Shown here piece after piece: positions 44,036 to 60,270 of a DNA stretch of 64,000 bases. Each line of letters opens with the position of its first letter. Within the stretch, counting starts at the first letter, position 1. The notes under the pieces are model-generated. The model did no database searches. It saw only the letters and a program-made list of their open reading frames with translations, and had not been told where the DNA came from. This DNA is from the human T2T-CHM13v2.0 reference genome, Homo sapiens, in the NCBI RefSeq assembly GCF_009914755.1, contig NC_060934.1; one strand, written 5' to 3'. The translations under genes were made by a program, and so were the position numbers.

Positions 44036-46079
44036 TACAGCTGGGAGGCAGACCTATGGGATTCATAAATGGCTGAGAAGAAAAGGACATGAGATTACTA
44101 GGAGAAAATACACTCTGATGGAAGAGAGAGTCACTCCCAACCGTTGGCTCAGGAGTAAGCTTTAGTTGTCGATGAAGAGGAGTGGTTTAGAGAATTGCCT
44201 GTTGCCTGTCACTCAATGTTGCCTCAACCCAGGTATTCATATGGCACTGTGGGGGTTCTTGAGAAAGCATAAGCAAAAACTTACAGAATTTTTTTCGGTA
44301 AAATCCTGTAAGCCATTAAGGTACACAGTGTATTATGCAGTAAATTTAGGTCACCCATTTCATGGCCCACAGCTCAGTTTGGGAAGCCTGTAGACTCCAG
44401 ATGAGACTCCAGGGCATCAACAAGAAAGCATGATGAAAGCATTGACCAAGAAAGGTGGAAACATATTGAGTAGCAGGAACCAAAGCCCATTTGAAAAGGA
44501 AATGCCATTAGACACTGGTGGTTCTCAGTGGAAACACAAAGATGCCTTGAGAAGAAGAGTCTGGCCTAGTGACAAGTGAGGAGTACTGAATTCAGCTGGA
44601 AAAAGAATTCTCTTTTTTAGGCAAACTCCATACCACTTGAGGCAAAGAGCCAACATGTATTCCCTACAATCTGAGCTGTAACTCAGTTTGCTTTTGTTTT
44701 TTCAAACAGTTAAAAAGAGACTTGGCTGGTACTTTCAAAGGGGAAATTGAGATAACTAACAATTTTGGAGAAGGAATATTGCATTTTCAGGTTCATTTAC
44801 TATGAATGCCTACCAAAGCAATTACAGACAAACCTTTCTTTCTTTCCTAGAAGATAATAAAAATGATAATTAGCAATCTGCTCCTTCATTTCTTCACATG
44901 TTCTTGACCTTGCCTTGCTATTTAGGGCTTACCATATACAGATGATTTTTAGAAAGAATATGATTTAATTTCTTTTAGAAATTAAATTTCTAACATTTAG
45001 AAGCTTCGTTTTCTTAAATATAAATGTTTTTTCAAATGGTCTCAAATGGTCTCTAAGCAAAAAATAGGACAATAGAAAAGACCTCTGTTGCTACTGTTTC
45101 TTACATTCTGGGAAGTTATATAAGATGAATATGTGTGAATTGAATGATATATCTTTAAAATATTTATTGGTTAGGTATAAGTTATAAATCACCCATAATA
45201 GTTTAGTTAAATTTATTTTACTTTTATGATTATATACAGGGCAAACTAGAGACTTTGAGGTGTGAAAAACCTTCAGGTAAATTCTCACTCCACGGTGTAC
45301 AGGCTAAGCCTCAGCTTGAAAGTTGTGATAATCTAACAAAGAGTTCTTGTGAAGGTTAAATAGAATGAAGACTAGAAAACATCTTGTACAAAACTCTCTG
45401 ATTTCAAGTAGCCTTCATTGTGAGTATAAAGCTGAGACAAATGACCTTGAAAACTATATATGAATAAGGGCTAAAGTGTCAGTCCAGGCTGTAGTTGCTT
45501 GAGAAGGACAAGAAAATAAGGCAGCCATCAGAGCAGTGAGGACATATTGAAAAAGGAGAGGCATATGCTAGAACTTGGAGGAGGATAGGGATGTAGTAGG
45601 TCATCTCTGAGCCCCTACATAAGTCCTGAAGTCTCTATTTGATGCTTAGAATGACCATTACCCTGAAATCTTACAATTAGCCTCTTAGTTTCTTCCTAGG
45701 GAACATTTAATGATTACTGGCTCCATTAAGTGTTGCATTAAGCCAGAAATTCAGTGAAACCATATTAATCACATAAACGTAAAAACCAGAATTAGCCTCT
45801 GAGCTACTTTGTTCCTCAGTGTCCCCATTGCATATACTTGGCAAGTCCACCCAAACCTATCTCTTTAATATCCATGGGATCCGTCCATTTCTCTCCATGT
45901 TAACTTCCATGACTACATTTAATACTACCTTTTTGTAGGTTGAATTATTTCAGCAGTTTCAATTGCCATCCTTGCTTCCGCTGCAGTGCATTGTTCATAC
46001 AAACAGCAGCTAGATCATTCTAACTTGCATCTGATCTGCTAAAATCCTTTCAGTGGGTCTTTAGAATCTTTGTCCTTTG

Positions 46080-46700
46080 GCAATGAGGAAGCAGTAGAAC
46101 AAGCTTGTGTCTGTTCTAAACAGTGACTATGCTGCTTTGGGTAGGAATCACTGGATTTATAGTTGGCCTATACTGAACTTTTGGTTCTATGTGTCTAAGG
46201 GGTACTCATCTTACATATGAAAAATGATCTTACCAGTTGAAAAATGATGTTATGTATAAACCTGTGGAAAAACATGAGAGTGTCCTAAACTCGGGTATCA
46301 ACAATAAGCCTAGTAAAATGGTATCAAGTTTAAAGGTCTAGATGGTAGATGGTTATTTAATGAGAGGTAAGGATGGAGTATGCTTTAGATTTATAGGTAG
46401 ACAATTGGGGGTATAATGTCGTTAAATAAGATAGGGAAAAGAATATGCTGAACTTTGCTAAGAGGGAAAATTAATAAATTTAATTTGAACATATTGTGTC
46501 TGGGATATCTCTACCTCCAGATAGAGGGGCTTGGTTGTAGGCTATTGTTGCAAACTATATGGAGCTGGTGAGAGGGATCCAAGCTGGAGGCAGATTTGGA
46601 AGAGATCAGGACATTGGTGATGTGAGAAGGAACAGATGGGAATGGGTGGAAATCTAAGCACGGCCAAGTAAGAAAGAAGTGGACTGGAGATAGAGCTGCC
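46080..46700 (-). mobile_element. L2 fragment
   Basis: Purine-rich antisense L2 text (gagagggatccaagctggaggcagatttggaagagatcag). Confidence 0.5.
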
Positions 46701-47465
46701 ATCTATTGTCCACACTGTGCATTCACCTCCTACTATGACCCTAGTGCTTCTGCCTATGTCCTCCCTTAGGATATTTTCAGCACCGCAACAAGAGCAAACC
46801 TTTTAACATAGAAGTTAGGTCACCTCACTCCCCTGTCTGAAACCTGCCAAGGGCTCCCTGTTACACTCAGGTCAAAAGTCAACATACTTTCAAGGTTCCG
46901 CAGGCCCTCCATGACCTGCCAGCCCCTTCCCCATGGGCTTTCTGGTCTCTTATTTTAAACTCTCCTGGCCCCTTCATTCCATGGTCCCTTCGTTCCATTC
47001 CCAAGTGTTATCTGGCTTACTTATCTGCCAATATACCGGGGAGCCTCTTGCCTTAGCCCTTCTCAGTGGCAAGGCTATTCTCTCTAAAATATTATTTTCC
47101 CAGAAAGTACCATGTCTTTCTCTCTTTCCTCTCTCAGATCTGTGCTTAAAGGTTGACCATGCATCAAGTGTTGGTTGACCATATTTTAGTAACTCAATTC
47201 TCTAACCACCAAAAATGGGACTTTTTAGTTCTATGTTCTGCTTTATCTTACTCCATAGCTGATATTATTAATATTTTTATCCTGCATATTTCATTATTTA
47301 TTTGCGCATTGTCTCTCCCAATCAAAGTGTTAGCTTAATGAGGGTAAGGATTGTGTCTCTTCTGTTCACTGCTGTGTTCATGACACCCCAAACACTGCCT
47401 GGCACATAACATAGGAGCCGCTCAGTGAATGATTGCTGAAGGACTGAATCAAGATGGGGATGAAT
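46700..47465 (+). mobile_element. L2 3' portion
   Basis: Ends tctgttcactgctgtg...ctgcctggcacataacataggagccgctcagtgaat. Confidence 0.8.
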
Positions 47466-48019
47466 GAAATCCGAAGAGATCCAGTGTCTTAAGTCATAGG
47501 CAGCAGAGAGAGGGTTCATTTGAATGCTATGGGTGAGATAAGCATATGTCAAGAAATATCTTGGCAGGAGTTGACATAACTCTGATTGCTTTCTCTAAAA
47601 AAATTAGGGTTTTTTTTGTTTGTTTTTTTGTGTTTTATTAGCAATCTAAAAGTCTCTAGAGTGAGCTTGCCAGGTTCTGGAGTCCTGTTCCTCATGTACT
47701 AACACACACTGATGTGTGAATGGTAGGCTTGTGTGAACCTGTTCAGGTCAGCAGTATCCTTCCCTTGCTCTGATCATTTTAGACTCAATAAAAAAATCAG
47801 TTTAGCAGCACAACTTCCCAGGTTTTCTTGGTGTTTGTGTTTTCCCTCAGATACATTGTAAAAGGCTTTATTGCAGGGGCAAAGTACTTTCCTTCTTCTC
47901 ATACCTTCCAGTGCTAAGCACCTAAATAAAGAGCAATTGAAATTTTATTAATTAAATATTAATTGCATTTTTCTGATATTTCAATGAAAACTTCTAAGAA
48001 AAGGTGATTATATTTCTAT

Positions 48020-48200
48020 ATTTTGGCAAGAACACTGGAACCGAAGTCAGGAAATATAAACTGGAGTCTCCTGTCACCTACTTTTTAAGTGAGTGACTTT
48101 CGAAGAGTTACAAATTTCTTTGTGCCTCAGTTTCCTCCTATATTAATTGTAATAATTATCAGTCCTGCCTTAAATCACACTAGTATGGAATTTAACAAGG
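48020..48200 (+). mobile_element. MIR SINE
   Basis: gagtgactttcgaagagttacaaatttctttgtgcctcagtttcctc. Confidence 0.75.
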
Positions 48201-51200
48201 TAATTTAAAAATTATTTTCTATAACATAAAACTTTATGAATTTCATTTATATAACTGTCTGTGGAGAAACTACTTTTCCCTAGGATTTCTTTGTAGATCC
48301 TCTGAATCAGACAATTCTAGGTCTTAGTATGTGAAATGCACATATTTTAGATAGTCGACTTATTTAAAATGTTATTCTGTTTCTGGATTTGCATTCTTTT
48401 GCCTTCCAATTTGATTTGTCTGATATGTTGTGAAGAGTATATGACTAAATGATTATAAGGTATTTCTGGAGTTATTAAACGGTGCTTCTTGTCTCAATGG
48501 AAATAACAGTTTCATTTTGTAGCTTATCCATTTTGACTAGAAGAAAGCCCAGAAGTGAATCAGGGTGTGTCTATATTTTGTACCTCCTAATTGATTTTCA
48601 AAATGATATAAGTGAAACAGAAGCGAAGGGAAGATTGAAATTTACAAGCTGTGTAAATATTTCCCCATAGAAATAAGCTTATGAACTTTAGAAGAGGGTG
48701 AGGGAGAGATGCATTTTAGAGGCATGACCAAAATGAATACTGAAAGATCAGACCCACATGGACTGAATCATTAGCTTGGAGATCTCAGGAAAATCTGGTG
48801 AGTAGAATCTTCTGAGAGAAGGAACTTTGGTAGTAGAAAGTAGGGTGTAAATCCACTGATTTCAAGAAGATGTAAGAGTTTTACCTCCACTTGGTAAGGC
48901 ATGTATATCTGAAGTCAGTTTCTGTCTGCTATGGACTGACTTGAGGATTGACTACTCAATCAACATATATCTATAAAATATCATGCACTAGGCAAATTGT
49001 GGGCACTGTGGTGAAGAAAGCTTATGACAGTAGATCTCACGGGGCCCTCAATCTATTTAGAAAGGTAGTTTCCAGGCCAATAATTTAAATAGTTTTTGAG
49101 TGTAGGGCAGAACACTGTGGGATACTACAACTTTGGCCAGTAAGGACACCTAACCTGGTTTGGAAGCTCAGGAAAGATTATATCAAACCCAGTACTAAAC
49201 ATTTAATATCCCAAATTCCAGGGTTTACACAACCTCATACACAGTCATACTACTTATGAGACCAGTGCTTTCATTTGCATGCAGTCAAGCTATGGAATGT
49301 TGTTCAGTCACTACACTTCATGCTTTTGAACTAATGTAGTGGGGTGTACTTTAAAGGAGGCAGACGGCCTGGACAACAGCTGTGTATAAGGTAATCTTTG
49401 AATGTCATCTGTTAAATGGAAAAAAAATGCCACTCTTACTTCTCAGTTTGCTCTGAATATGCACTGAAATACTGCCTGTAGAAGATGAACCAAAGCTGAC
49501 ACTTATTAATGTTAGGTCTGATTTTCTGAGCCATTGATTGTGACATTATAGTAAGCTCTTGTCTGTGGATTTGGTTTGTGGTCTTGATTCACCTTGCAGA
49601 AGGGACGGGTTTCTATAACTCTGTGCCCTTCATGAATGATCAGTCAGATGCCTTCTAATGGGGCACTCATTGAGTACTGTCTTGTGTTTGCAGCCTGAAT
49701 GTTCTTGTGTTGGGAAGAGCCATACCAGAATCTTTCAGATAAAGCAATGGGACACATTGTCATGTATCACACTGTTATCAACACATCTATAAGTGGCCCT
49801 TTTCCTCAGCATAGCATTTTTTTTCCTGGGTATTATGGATGAGTTTCCCATGCTGTGGTGTAGCCAAAGTTGTCCTATTAAGGAAAGTCACAGCACTTTG
49901 GATGGTAAGGCATGATAATGCAATTCTGAAGGGGATTCTTAATGTACGGATGATCAAAAGGTGACCCTAAGGGCAAATTGATAATTGTGGGAAGCCCAGT
50001 GCTTCCCACCAGTGTACAGAGATAGGTTAATTTATATTTCCCCACAGGTGTTTGTCTGATAGACTAATGATGTTAAGCAGAATAACAAAATCTGCATTTA
50101 AATGAATGTATTATAATGTGGAAAAGTAAGCCCAAATACAAAGTAAGCGCCATCACGTTTGGGATAAAAACAAAGTACAGTATCATTAGAGTCCTCTGGG
50201 AAAACGTTTGTCTGTGATTTATGGTCTTATTTTGGAGCGGCTCTTATAGACCCTCCTGGAACCCAGCTAATGAATAAATGATAATTCTACCCCTCTATAC
50301 ATCACACTTTTTTTTACTTTTTTTTTTGTTACTACAGCATAAACACACATTCCCATTAGATTAATGTTTCTAATAAATTAGGAAAAATGCTAAGTAAGAA
50401 AGAAAGGGAACCAAAATGGAAAATTCAGTGAAGTACAGACTCTATGGGCCAAGAGATAATTTACTTTTATTAGTTTTTTCTTTAAGACCATAGTGAAAGT
50501 AATGATCTAGCTATTTTTATTTTAAATATTGCACAGATAATTTTGGAATCGAAAGTGGAACCAATTATTTAAAGTCCTACCCTCGTCTTCCCTGAGACTT
50601 AAATAGAAACAGTAGGGAAATGCAAAGTATTTAACTGGTATGAAACTGAGAGCAACTAATCAGAAAGAATGTCAGGCATAATACAAGAGTAGAAAGAATC
50701 CTAGCTGTTCACTGATGTGCCATGTGTTAACTCTTTAGTCTTTGAATAGCGGGAAGATCTGAGGACCTAGAGAAAGGGCCAGAGTAGCCACAGGGGTGGT
50801 CATGTGGCATCCAGAGAACCTGTAGCTATTTACCAACTGATTGAGAAGTATTTCAGTGTTTTAACAACTGGTATCACTGTACATGCCAGTGGACTGTGAG
50901 CCCTGAAGAGATAGACCATTGAGTTCTATTTTCTTGTCAAATTGGGCCACAGGAAGTCTCAGGCTCATTGAGATCTAGTTAGGGCTCTGTCACTCACTAG
51001 CTGTTGACGTTTGTGTAAGTCAGTGCACAATCACCCCAGTCCCTTTCTCCCCCTTTGCAGTGATATGGAGCTACTACTACCTACTTGGTAAGGCTGGTAG
51101 ATGCATATGACTAGATAATTGCATGGGATACTGCAATGCAAAGTCTGAAGCATGATACCTGTCTAACTGTGGAGAACCCCTGATTTTGCTTTGTCCGGGA

Positions 51201-51411
51201 TTCTTTTTCCAACCTCACTTTGAAGAACCCCTGAAGGCACTGAACATCTAGATATCCTACATCCTGTGGCCAAGGGGCAGGCAGAAAACCTAAGCTCATG
51301 CAAATTTATACTATCTCCTAACAATTGTATTTTTAAGAAGAGTGCTACAAGGATTTTTAATGGTTAAAATTTATTTATCTTGAGACAAGTGCCATTAAGA
51401 GACTGTGCAAG

Positions 51412-51802
<391 letters not shown>

Positions 51803-52416
51803 TTATAAGTAATTTCTTCCAACAAGTTACTCTTTTGCTTAAATCTGACACATCAAGTTTTGTTGCCTGCAGTCACAGAAACTTTTTGTAGAGAAGTGGC
51901 CCCTTAGTTTTCAAAGAAACACAAATGCCACTGCTTGGGGCTTTCCTCTATCTGCTTGGAATTTCTTCTTCCTTCCCTCTCTCCCTTCCTCCTTTTCCTC
52001 TCTTACTCCCTCTTTTCCTGCCTACCTACCTTTCCTCTTTCTGTCTCCTGTCTTTCTGTTTTCAATTGTGATATGTAGAATCAATTCTGCATCTTCTAAA
52101 TAAATCAGCTGTGGAGCAGGCTTCCAGTTTCATGGAATTTACATGTTTGAGGAACAGATTTGAGAAAGCAGTCTAACAATTTTTTATGCATTACACTATA
52201 AACCAGGAAATGTATCCAGAATGAACTAGTTACTCACATAAATTAATTCTTAGGTAAAGCTCACATGCTATGGAATGGTTTACCTGACTGAATGATGTCT
52301 ATTCCTAAGGAAGTAATTTTCCTGATTGTAGCTGTGATCACGTCTCAGGGTTTTCACACAGCATCTCAGGTGGTTCTGTCTCCTGACCAATTTCACTGCC
52401 TTTGTGTGATTATCAG

Positions 52417-52437
52417 TGAAGTTACACAGCAGTACAG
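52417..52437 (+). other. Candidate 21-nt microexon
   Basis: cctgac branch-like site, 45-nt AG-free zone, TGC, then tatcag|...tacag|GTAAGA. Confidence 0.2.
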
Positions 52438-54672
52438 GTAAGATATGCTGTAAGGACTGCTGTTCATGTCAAAATGTAATCGTGAGGTGAAAATTGTGTT
52501 CAGAACAATGCTGTCCCAGGCCTATTAAGGACAAAGGAGAATGAAAGAGCAATGTGCTGTCATAAAACCTTGTATAATGATTTCAAGCCATGCTGGGCCC
52601 TGACAGCTGAGGGAGGAACAGGAATTGAGTTGGGACCATGCTTCCTAAACTTATGCAGCTAATTTAGTAGTAGGGATGTTGTCTCTCCCATGATGGGTTC
52701 GCAGTGTAAAGCTCCATGCCTGAGGGAGTTGGTACAATGTGGGCATGGGTTGATTTCTAGCAGTACAATAAAGAGAGAGAAGTGAGGTGAGAAGAGGAAG
52801 CTTATGGGCATGTTAGGCCCTGCCTGGGAGGTTTTGGAAATAAAAAAATAAAAACTTCATTCTGAGAAGGAAAAGAGTAATACAAGCCTTGGTGCAGGCT
52901 TTGCCTCCAAGCCTGAAGGGAACAGGTGTGAAAAACCTATATCCAGTCCACTAGAATAGCCCTGCAATGAAGACACAAAGCCTGTAGCTGGAGTGTGTCT
53001 GTGGATGCCACATCTGACTCTGCTAAACACAGCAGACCCAAGGGTGGGAGGCCACTGACCATCCTATCTCAGTGTCTGACCTGGCAGTTTTGAGCCTCTG
53101 GGTGGCTACTGGGACAGGCTGGAGAAGGTAGTGACCTCAGGTGCAGTATTTGGGACTAGGTTTCTGAAAGCTACTTGTGTATTCTAGAAACATGCCTGTT
53201 TCTCCTCTGTGCAGAAAATAGCCCCTAAGGAAGGGGAACATATACATAGAGAAGTAGTGACTGTTTGAATTAATCAATTTATTTATTATTTGTCTGTTTC
53301 TCTGCTGACTGCAGACAGAAAAAATAAAATACAGTGGAAGATCAGATAAGGGCAACTCACACTGTGACAAAGGATTTTACTATGGAAAACATTGTCAAAT
53401 CATGGTACCTTGCCTATCCAATAGCATTTCTCTAATAAAATATTTTCTCAAGAAGGTTATTTTGCACCAATTAAACATAAGGCTTTGTCATTAAATGTTC
53501 CAAAGTTTAAATTGAGTTCCTGTGGGTTGTATGTGCATTTAGTAGTCTGACTGCTTTCCCACAAGAAATCAATATTTCTCTAAGATTTGTGGGAATATAC
53601 TATTCATTCCAATAGAGACGATTAAAATGTTAACATGTAACAAACTGCAAATCTGGCATGGAATGCATTGTTTTCATACATGCGTTTAGAACAGAAACTC
53701 AGATTGGCCATTGTTTATGGGGAGTTAGAGTATATCAGACATGACAAATGTGTTATTCTCCCCAGATAAATGTATTTTAGCCTGTTGACACCAAAATGCT
53801 CAGGGACCTCAAGTTAAGACTGAAGGTGAAAAAGAAATACAATGGTGGAAGTTAAAACATCACCATCCTAAAAACAACTGTAGTAAAATTAAAATTCTGA
53901 AAATAGGCAACAGCAATGAAAACACCAAAAATCCAGAGACAATCAATATCCAAAATAATAACTACAAACCATTGAAAGCAAATCCTCAAAAGTATGTTTG
54001 AGGTTCATGGAAAAGACTACTTTTTAGACTCCACAAAGGTTGGTGGACTTGAAGTTGTGCACAGATCTGCATTTAGTGTTGTTTGCCACTTCTTCCTTAA
54101 ATTTTCTGCTGACTTGAATTCAAAGCATAGACTTTATCGTTCAGACTGGTTTTTGTTTTTCTAGATCAACTGTTGAACCAAGTGGGATGCTGGAACGATA
54201 AGCATAAACTGGAACTCTTCCAGGCAAATCAGTATAATAGTCACCCTAATGATGACCCATTCCTGGGTCCTTCTCTCATGACCATTCCTTGTCAGTCTCC
54301 CTGCCTGTGAATTTCACTTTCGTCCACACTTCAAATGTAGAGTTTATCAGGGGTTCCATTTTTCTTCATCTTTGGGAGTGACAGAGTTTTCCTAGTGATC
54401 TTATACACTTACAACTTAACTCCCTACCTTGTTTCTCATGACATTCAAAGACATAACTTTATCTCTTAATCTATAGACCCACATGTTTACTAATTACTAT
54501 CACAGAGTTTTCCATAAATAGCTCCAGGTGAACATTCCTAAACCCAAACTCATTCTCCATATCCCCCAAACTCCCCTCCCTCCTCTGTCTTCTGTCTTGG
54601 TTTTCACCGTCTAACTAGTTTTCTTCTCCTTGCCATACTTCTACTCTGCAATCAATGACAACAGAAACAGAC

Positions 54673-54776
54673 TTTTCTTATTTTATTTTAAGTTCAGGGG
54701 TACATGTTCAGGTTTGTTATGTAGGTAGACTCATGTTGTAGGGGTTTGTTATACAGATTGTTTTGTTACCCAGGTG
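54673..54776 (-). mobile_element. Tiny L1PA (PA13-16-like) 3' end
   Basis: ttttattttaagttcaggggtacatgttcaggtttgttatgtaggtagactcatgt. Confidence 0.8.
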
Positions 54777-55229
54777 TGAAAAGTGTTGACTTAGAGCATA
54801 TTTTGAGAAAATTATTATGCAAAAAGTATCTAGGTCTACATTTTCTGATGTGAGTTACATTACAAGAGAACCTCTTCAGTAACCACAGCTTGCTATAATT
54901 TCATGTTAGAAAAAGCACCATATTACAAGGATAAGACATGGGCACAAGCCAGTCAGAATGCATGCCTCAACAAATCACCATAAAGCCTGGCCCTAAACAA
55001 TCAGTAAGCACTTATGATGTATAACAGCTAAATATCATTTTTGAAATTAAGTAAGACTCATGGCTCAGAAGGGGAACTAGGGGAGTGGCAAGACTCCAGG
55101 ACACCACTGTGTTCCCCCACTAACTGGTTCTTCCATTTTTGTCACTGATTTACATGTGATAAAATACACATAGGATTATTGAATTCCTGACTGCATAATT
55201 ACGACTGGTATTTTCAAAGCCAACAGAAT

Positions 55230-55770
55230 AAAAGTGTTCAACCTGACCTATAGGATCCATTATGGTCAACCTCCTGTCACCTTTCTTAGCTCATATGCTG
55301 ACACTCTCCACAACCTCTGTCCCTACCATTCTGTACTGTGCATTTGCTTTTCCTCCAACAGAAGAAAATGGGCCCCATTTTTCCGGGGCCTTTCTACTCC
55401 TGTTTTCTCGCAGACAAGGTTACTTCTCCCTGCACTTCCCTCCCTGTGCTGCTTACCAACTACCCCTGACCAAGTATCCCCTTTGTGATCTAGTGGATTC
55501 TAACTCATCCTTCAAGTCTCAGCTCAAATATACCATTTTCAGTGAAATATTTATTTATACCAAACTCCTCCATACCTCTAGAAGATTAATCATTTGCTTC
55601 CCTTGGTCTCTGTACATCCCTCTCTGCTAGCCCTCAACATACCACATTCCAATGATATCTATTTCACACACTATCCCCAGAGACTGAGCTTCCAGAGGCA
55701 GATACTAATCTTATCATTGTTTCCATCGTGCATCTAGTTAGGTCTCAATGGGTATTTGTTAGATAAATTT
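55230..55770 (+). mobile_element. L2 fragment
   Basis: actcatccttcaagtctcagctcaaat...agactgagcttccagaggcaga. Confidence 0.65.
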
Positions 55771-55909
55771 CAAATTCCCACAAGTGTGATGCTGACAGGT
55801 CATAAGCGCAGGCCCCTTCCATGGAAGAAGGGCTCTGCTGGTGAAACATGGACCATCCCTGTGCAGACATTCAGCAGAAAGTCTATGCACACTCTTTCTT
55901 ATTTTGATG

Positions 55910-56330
55910 GTTTCAGTCCAGGTCTTGCCAGGCAACAGATGATATTCCCAGATGGTACTTTTGGAGAGACTTTCCCATAGGGATTATTTACCCAAGTATG
56001 GATAGAGTTAAAAGAACCATCAAGAAATGCTACTCCATTAGAACGGAAGGAACAAGGGGCAGAATGGTTATACCCAAGGTCCAGTTGAGAATAGGAGTCA
56101 TGAAAGAGAGATATAAGATGAAGTAGGCTAAGGATATTGAGTTCTCTTCCCTTTTATCTCCGTATCCTTGATCCTTTCTTTTTTCTTTCTGCTACTTCCC
56201 TTTCACCATTTGCCACCAGAAGCTGCCAGAGGGCAAGGAAATCCAGGCAATGCATCCCATTGAGATCGGCTCCTTGGGTACAGAGCAGGGTGGAAAAGAA
56301 CAGAAAATAAATAAAGGGTAAAGACAGGAC
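55910..56330 (-). mobile_element. LTR33-like (ERVL) LTR
   Basis: Minus strand reads ttttccaccctgctctgtacccaaggagccgatctc...ccttgccctctggc, as in the LTR33 5' end. Confidence 0.65.
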
Positions 56331-56499
56331 AGGGACCTAAACAGGATTGTTCAATCTTGAATGCCTGGCACTTCCAAGAGGCCCAGGACACATAGAAAAG
56401 AAATATTTATTACATGAGTGAATGGATATAAGTAGGAGCAAGTCTCCTGACCCTCACTTATTCCAAAGACTTTTTCATTTCAACATTTCTGCATGTTAG

Positions 56500-56532
56500 C
56501 CTGTTGCAAAACCACAAATCTGCTGCCAAAAG
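56500..56532 (+). other. Candidate 33-nt cassette exon
   Basis: ctttttcatttcaacatttcTGCATGttag|cctgtt...ccaaaag|GTAAGG. No stop codon in any frame. Confidence 0.22.
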
Positions 56533-57680
56533 GTAAGGCTGGATGTTTGGTTCTCTTATGAACAGGAGAAGACTGGCCTATAACTGTGGACACAAGGGAA
56601 AGCATTTTCTGACATTCAGATCATTTGGAAGCATATAAAAGTTAAATCTGTTCTACATTGTGTTGGAAAGAAAGAAAAAATAAACAAACAAACAAGCACA
56701 ACAACAACAAATCACAGAGAGGAAGGAAAAAAAAGAAAACTGATGTGCTGTGTCCCCAATTTGTGCACGATTCTCTGCAGTGGTTCAAGTTTATCCCAGC
56801 TTATCACTTAAAATCAATGACCTATTTTCTTACCCTTGCCTACGTATTCTCTGTATGATGCACTTTGAAAAGTGTTGCTCCTCACACAAACAATATCAAA
56901 AGCCACCTGGGTGAGTTGTCACTCCTTGTTACTCATCCCCGCTGGGCACCTTCGGGAAATGAGGGTGAATTTGAGGAGGATTCAGAGCTGGTGAACAAGT
57001 CCCACAGAGATGTGGTGGGGAAGAGTGGCACCAGATAGCACAGAAGCTGGCCATTTTATTTCTCATCAAAAGAGCAGGAAATAATATAGTCAATAAGAAG
57101 CAGGAAGGAGCCAGGGGATTTTGTGAATAAACACCAGAGTCACTGGAAGAAAGGACAGAACAAATCCTTCACGTAGCCTTGGATGTCCTTGTTCTGCCCT
57201 GTAGTGAACAAGGGAAAGGGGAAGAGTGTGATGAATAGATCATGTCAGGAAACTATCAGACACCTCAGCTTCTCTCGTGTCTACTTTATCTCCCAGTTTA
57301 GAGAAAAAAAAAAAAGATTTCCTTCAACTTTTCATTGTAAGCTATTGTTTGGGCTTATAACAGGCATATTCAAATTGCAGATGGAAATGATTTCAGAAAC
57401 TGTATTGTTCTTTTTGTTATTTATTGTTTCATTTTTAAGACCAGAAAAAGCACACCTCTTAGAGAGTGTGCCTATATTCTCCAATGAATATCGAAGATAA
57501 TTTTCTGGTATATTTTCTGATAAATAAAACAATATAATAAGGTAGTTGCTGATATGTGCATGCAAAGCTGAAGTTTATTGTTCTTACTTTTCTACATTTT
57601 GAGCTTATTATAAAATCTATGAAACTTTCAAATATGTGTAAATATATAAAATATACATATATAGACTATATATATAATGA

Positions 57681-58067
<387 letters not shown>

Positions 58068-58394
58068 TAAAGTACGCTCTCAGTAAGTTTCAGCACTTTT
58101 ATGTCACTCCTTCATTGCATGCTATTCTGATCTCCGCCAGAGTGAATTTTCGGTAGATTTTTTTCCTTGCTTCTCTTTTTAGCTTTATCATATATGTAAG
58201 TATAAGAAACATTTAATTTTATAGTTTTGTGTTTTTTTGACTCCTATATAAATGAAACTGTAGTATATTCCTTTGTAAACTTGTCCTTTTAGTTCAATAT
58301 CATTTTTTTAAAATTCATTCACAAAGATACCAATAATTGTATTTCTTCATTATCACTATTTTATAATATTCCACTGCATGGGTATGCCACATAT

Positions 58395-60270
<1,876 letters not shown>

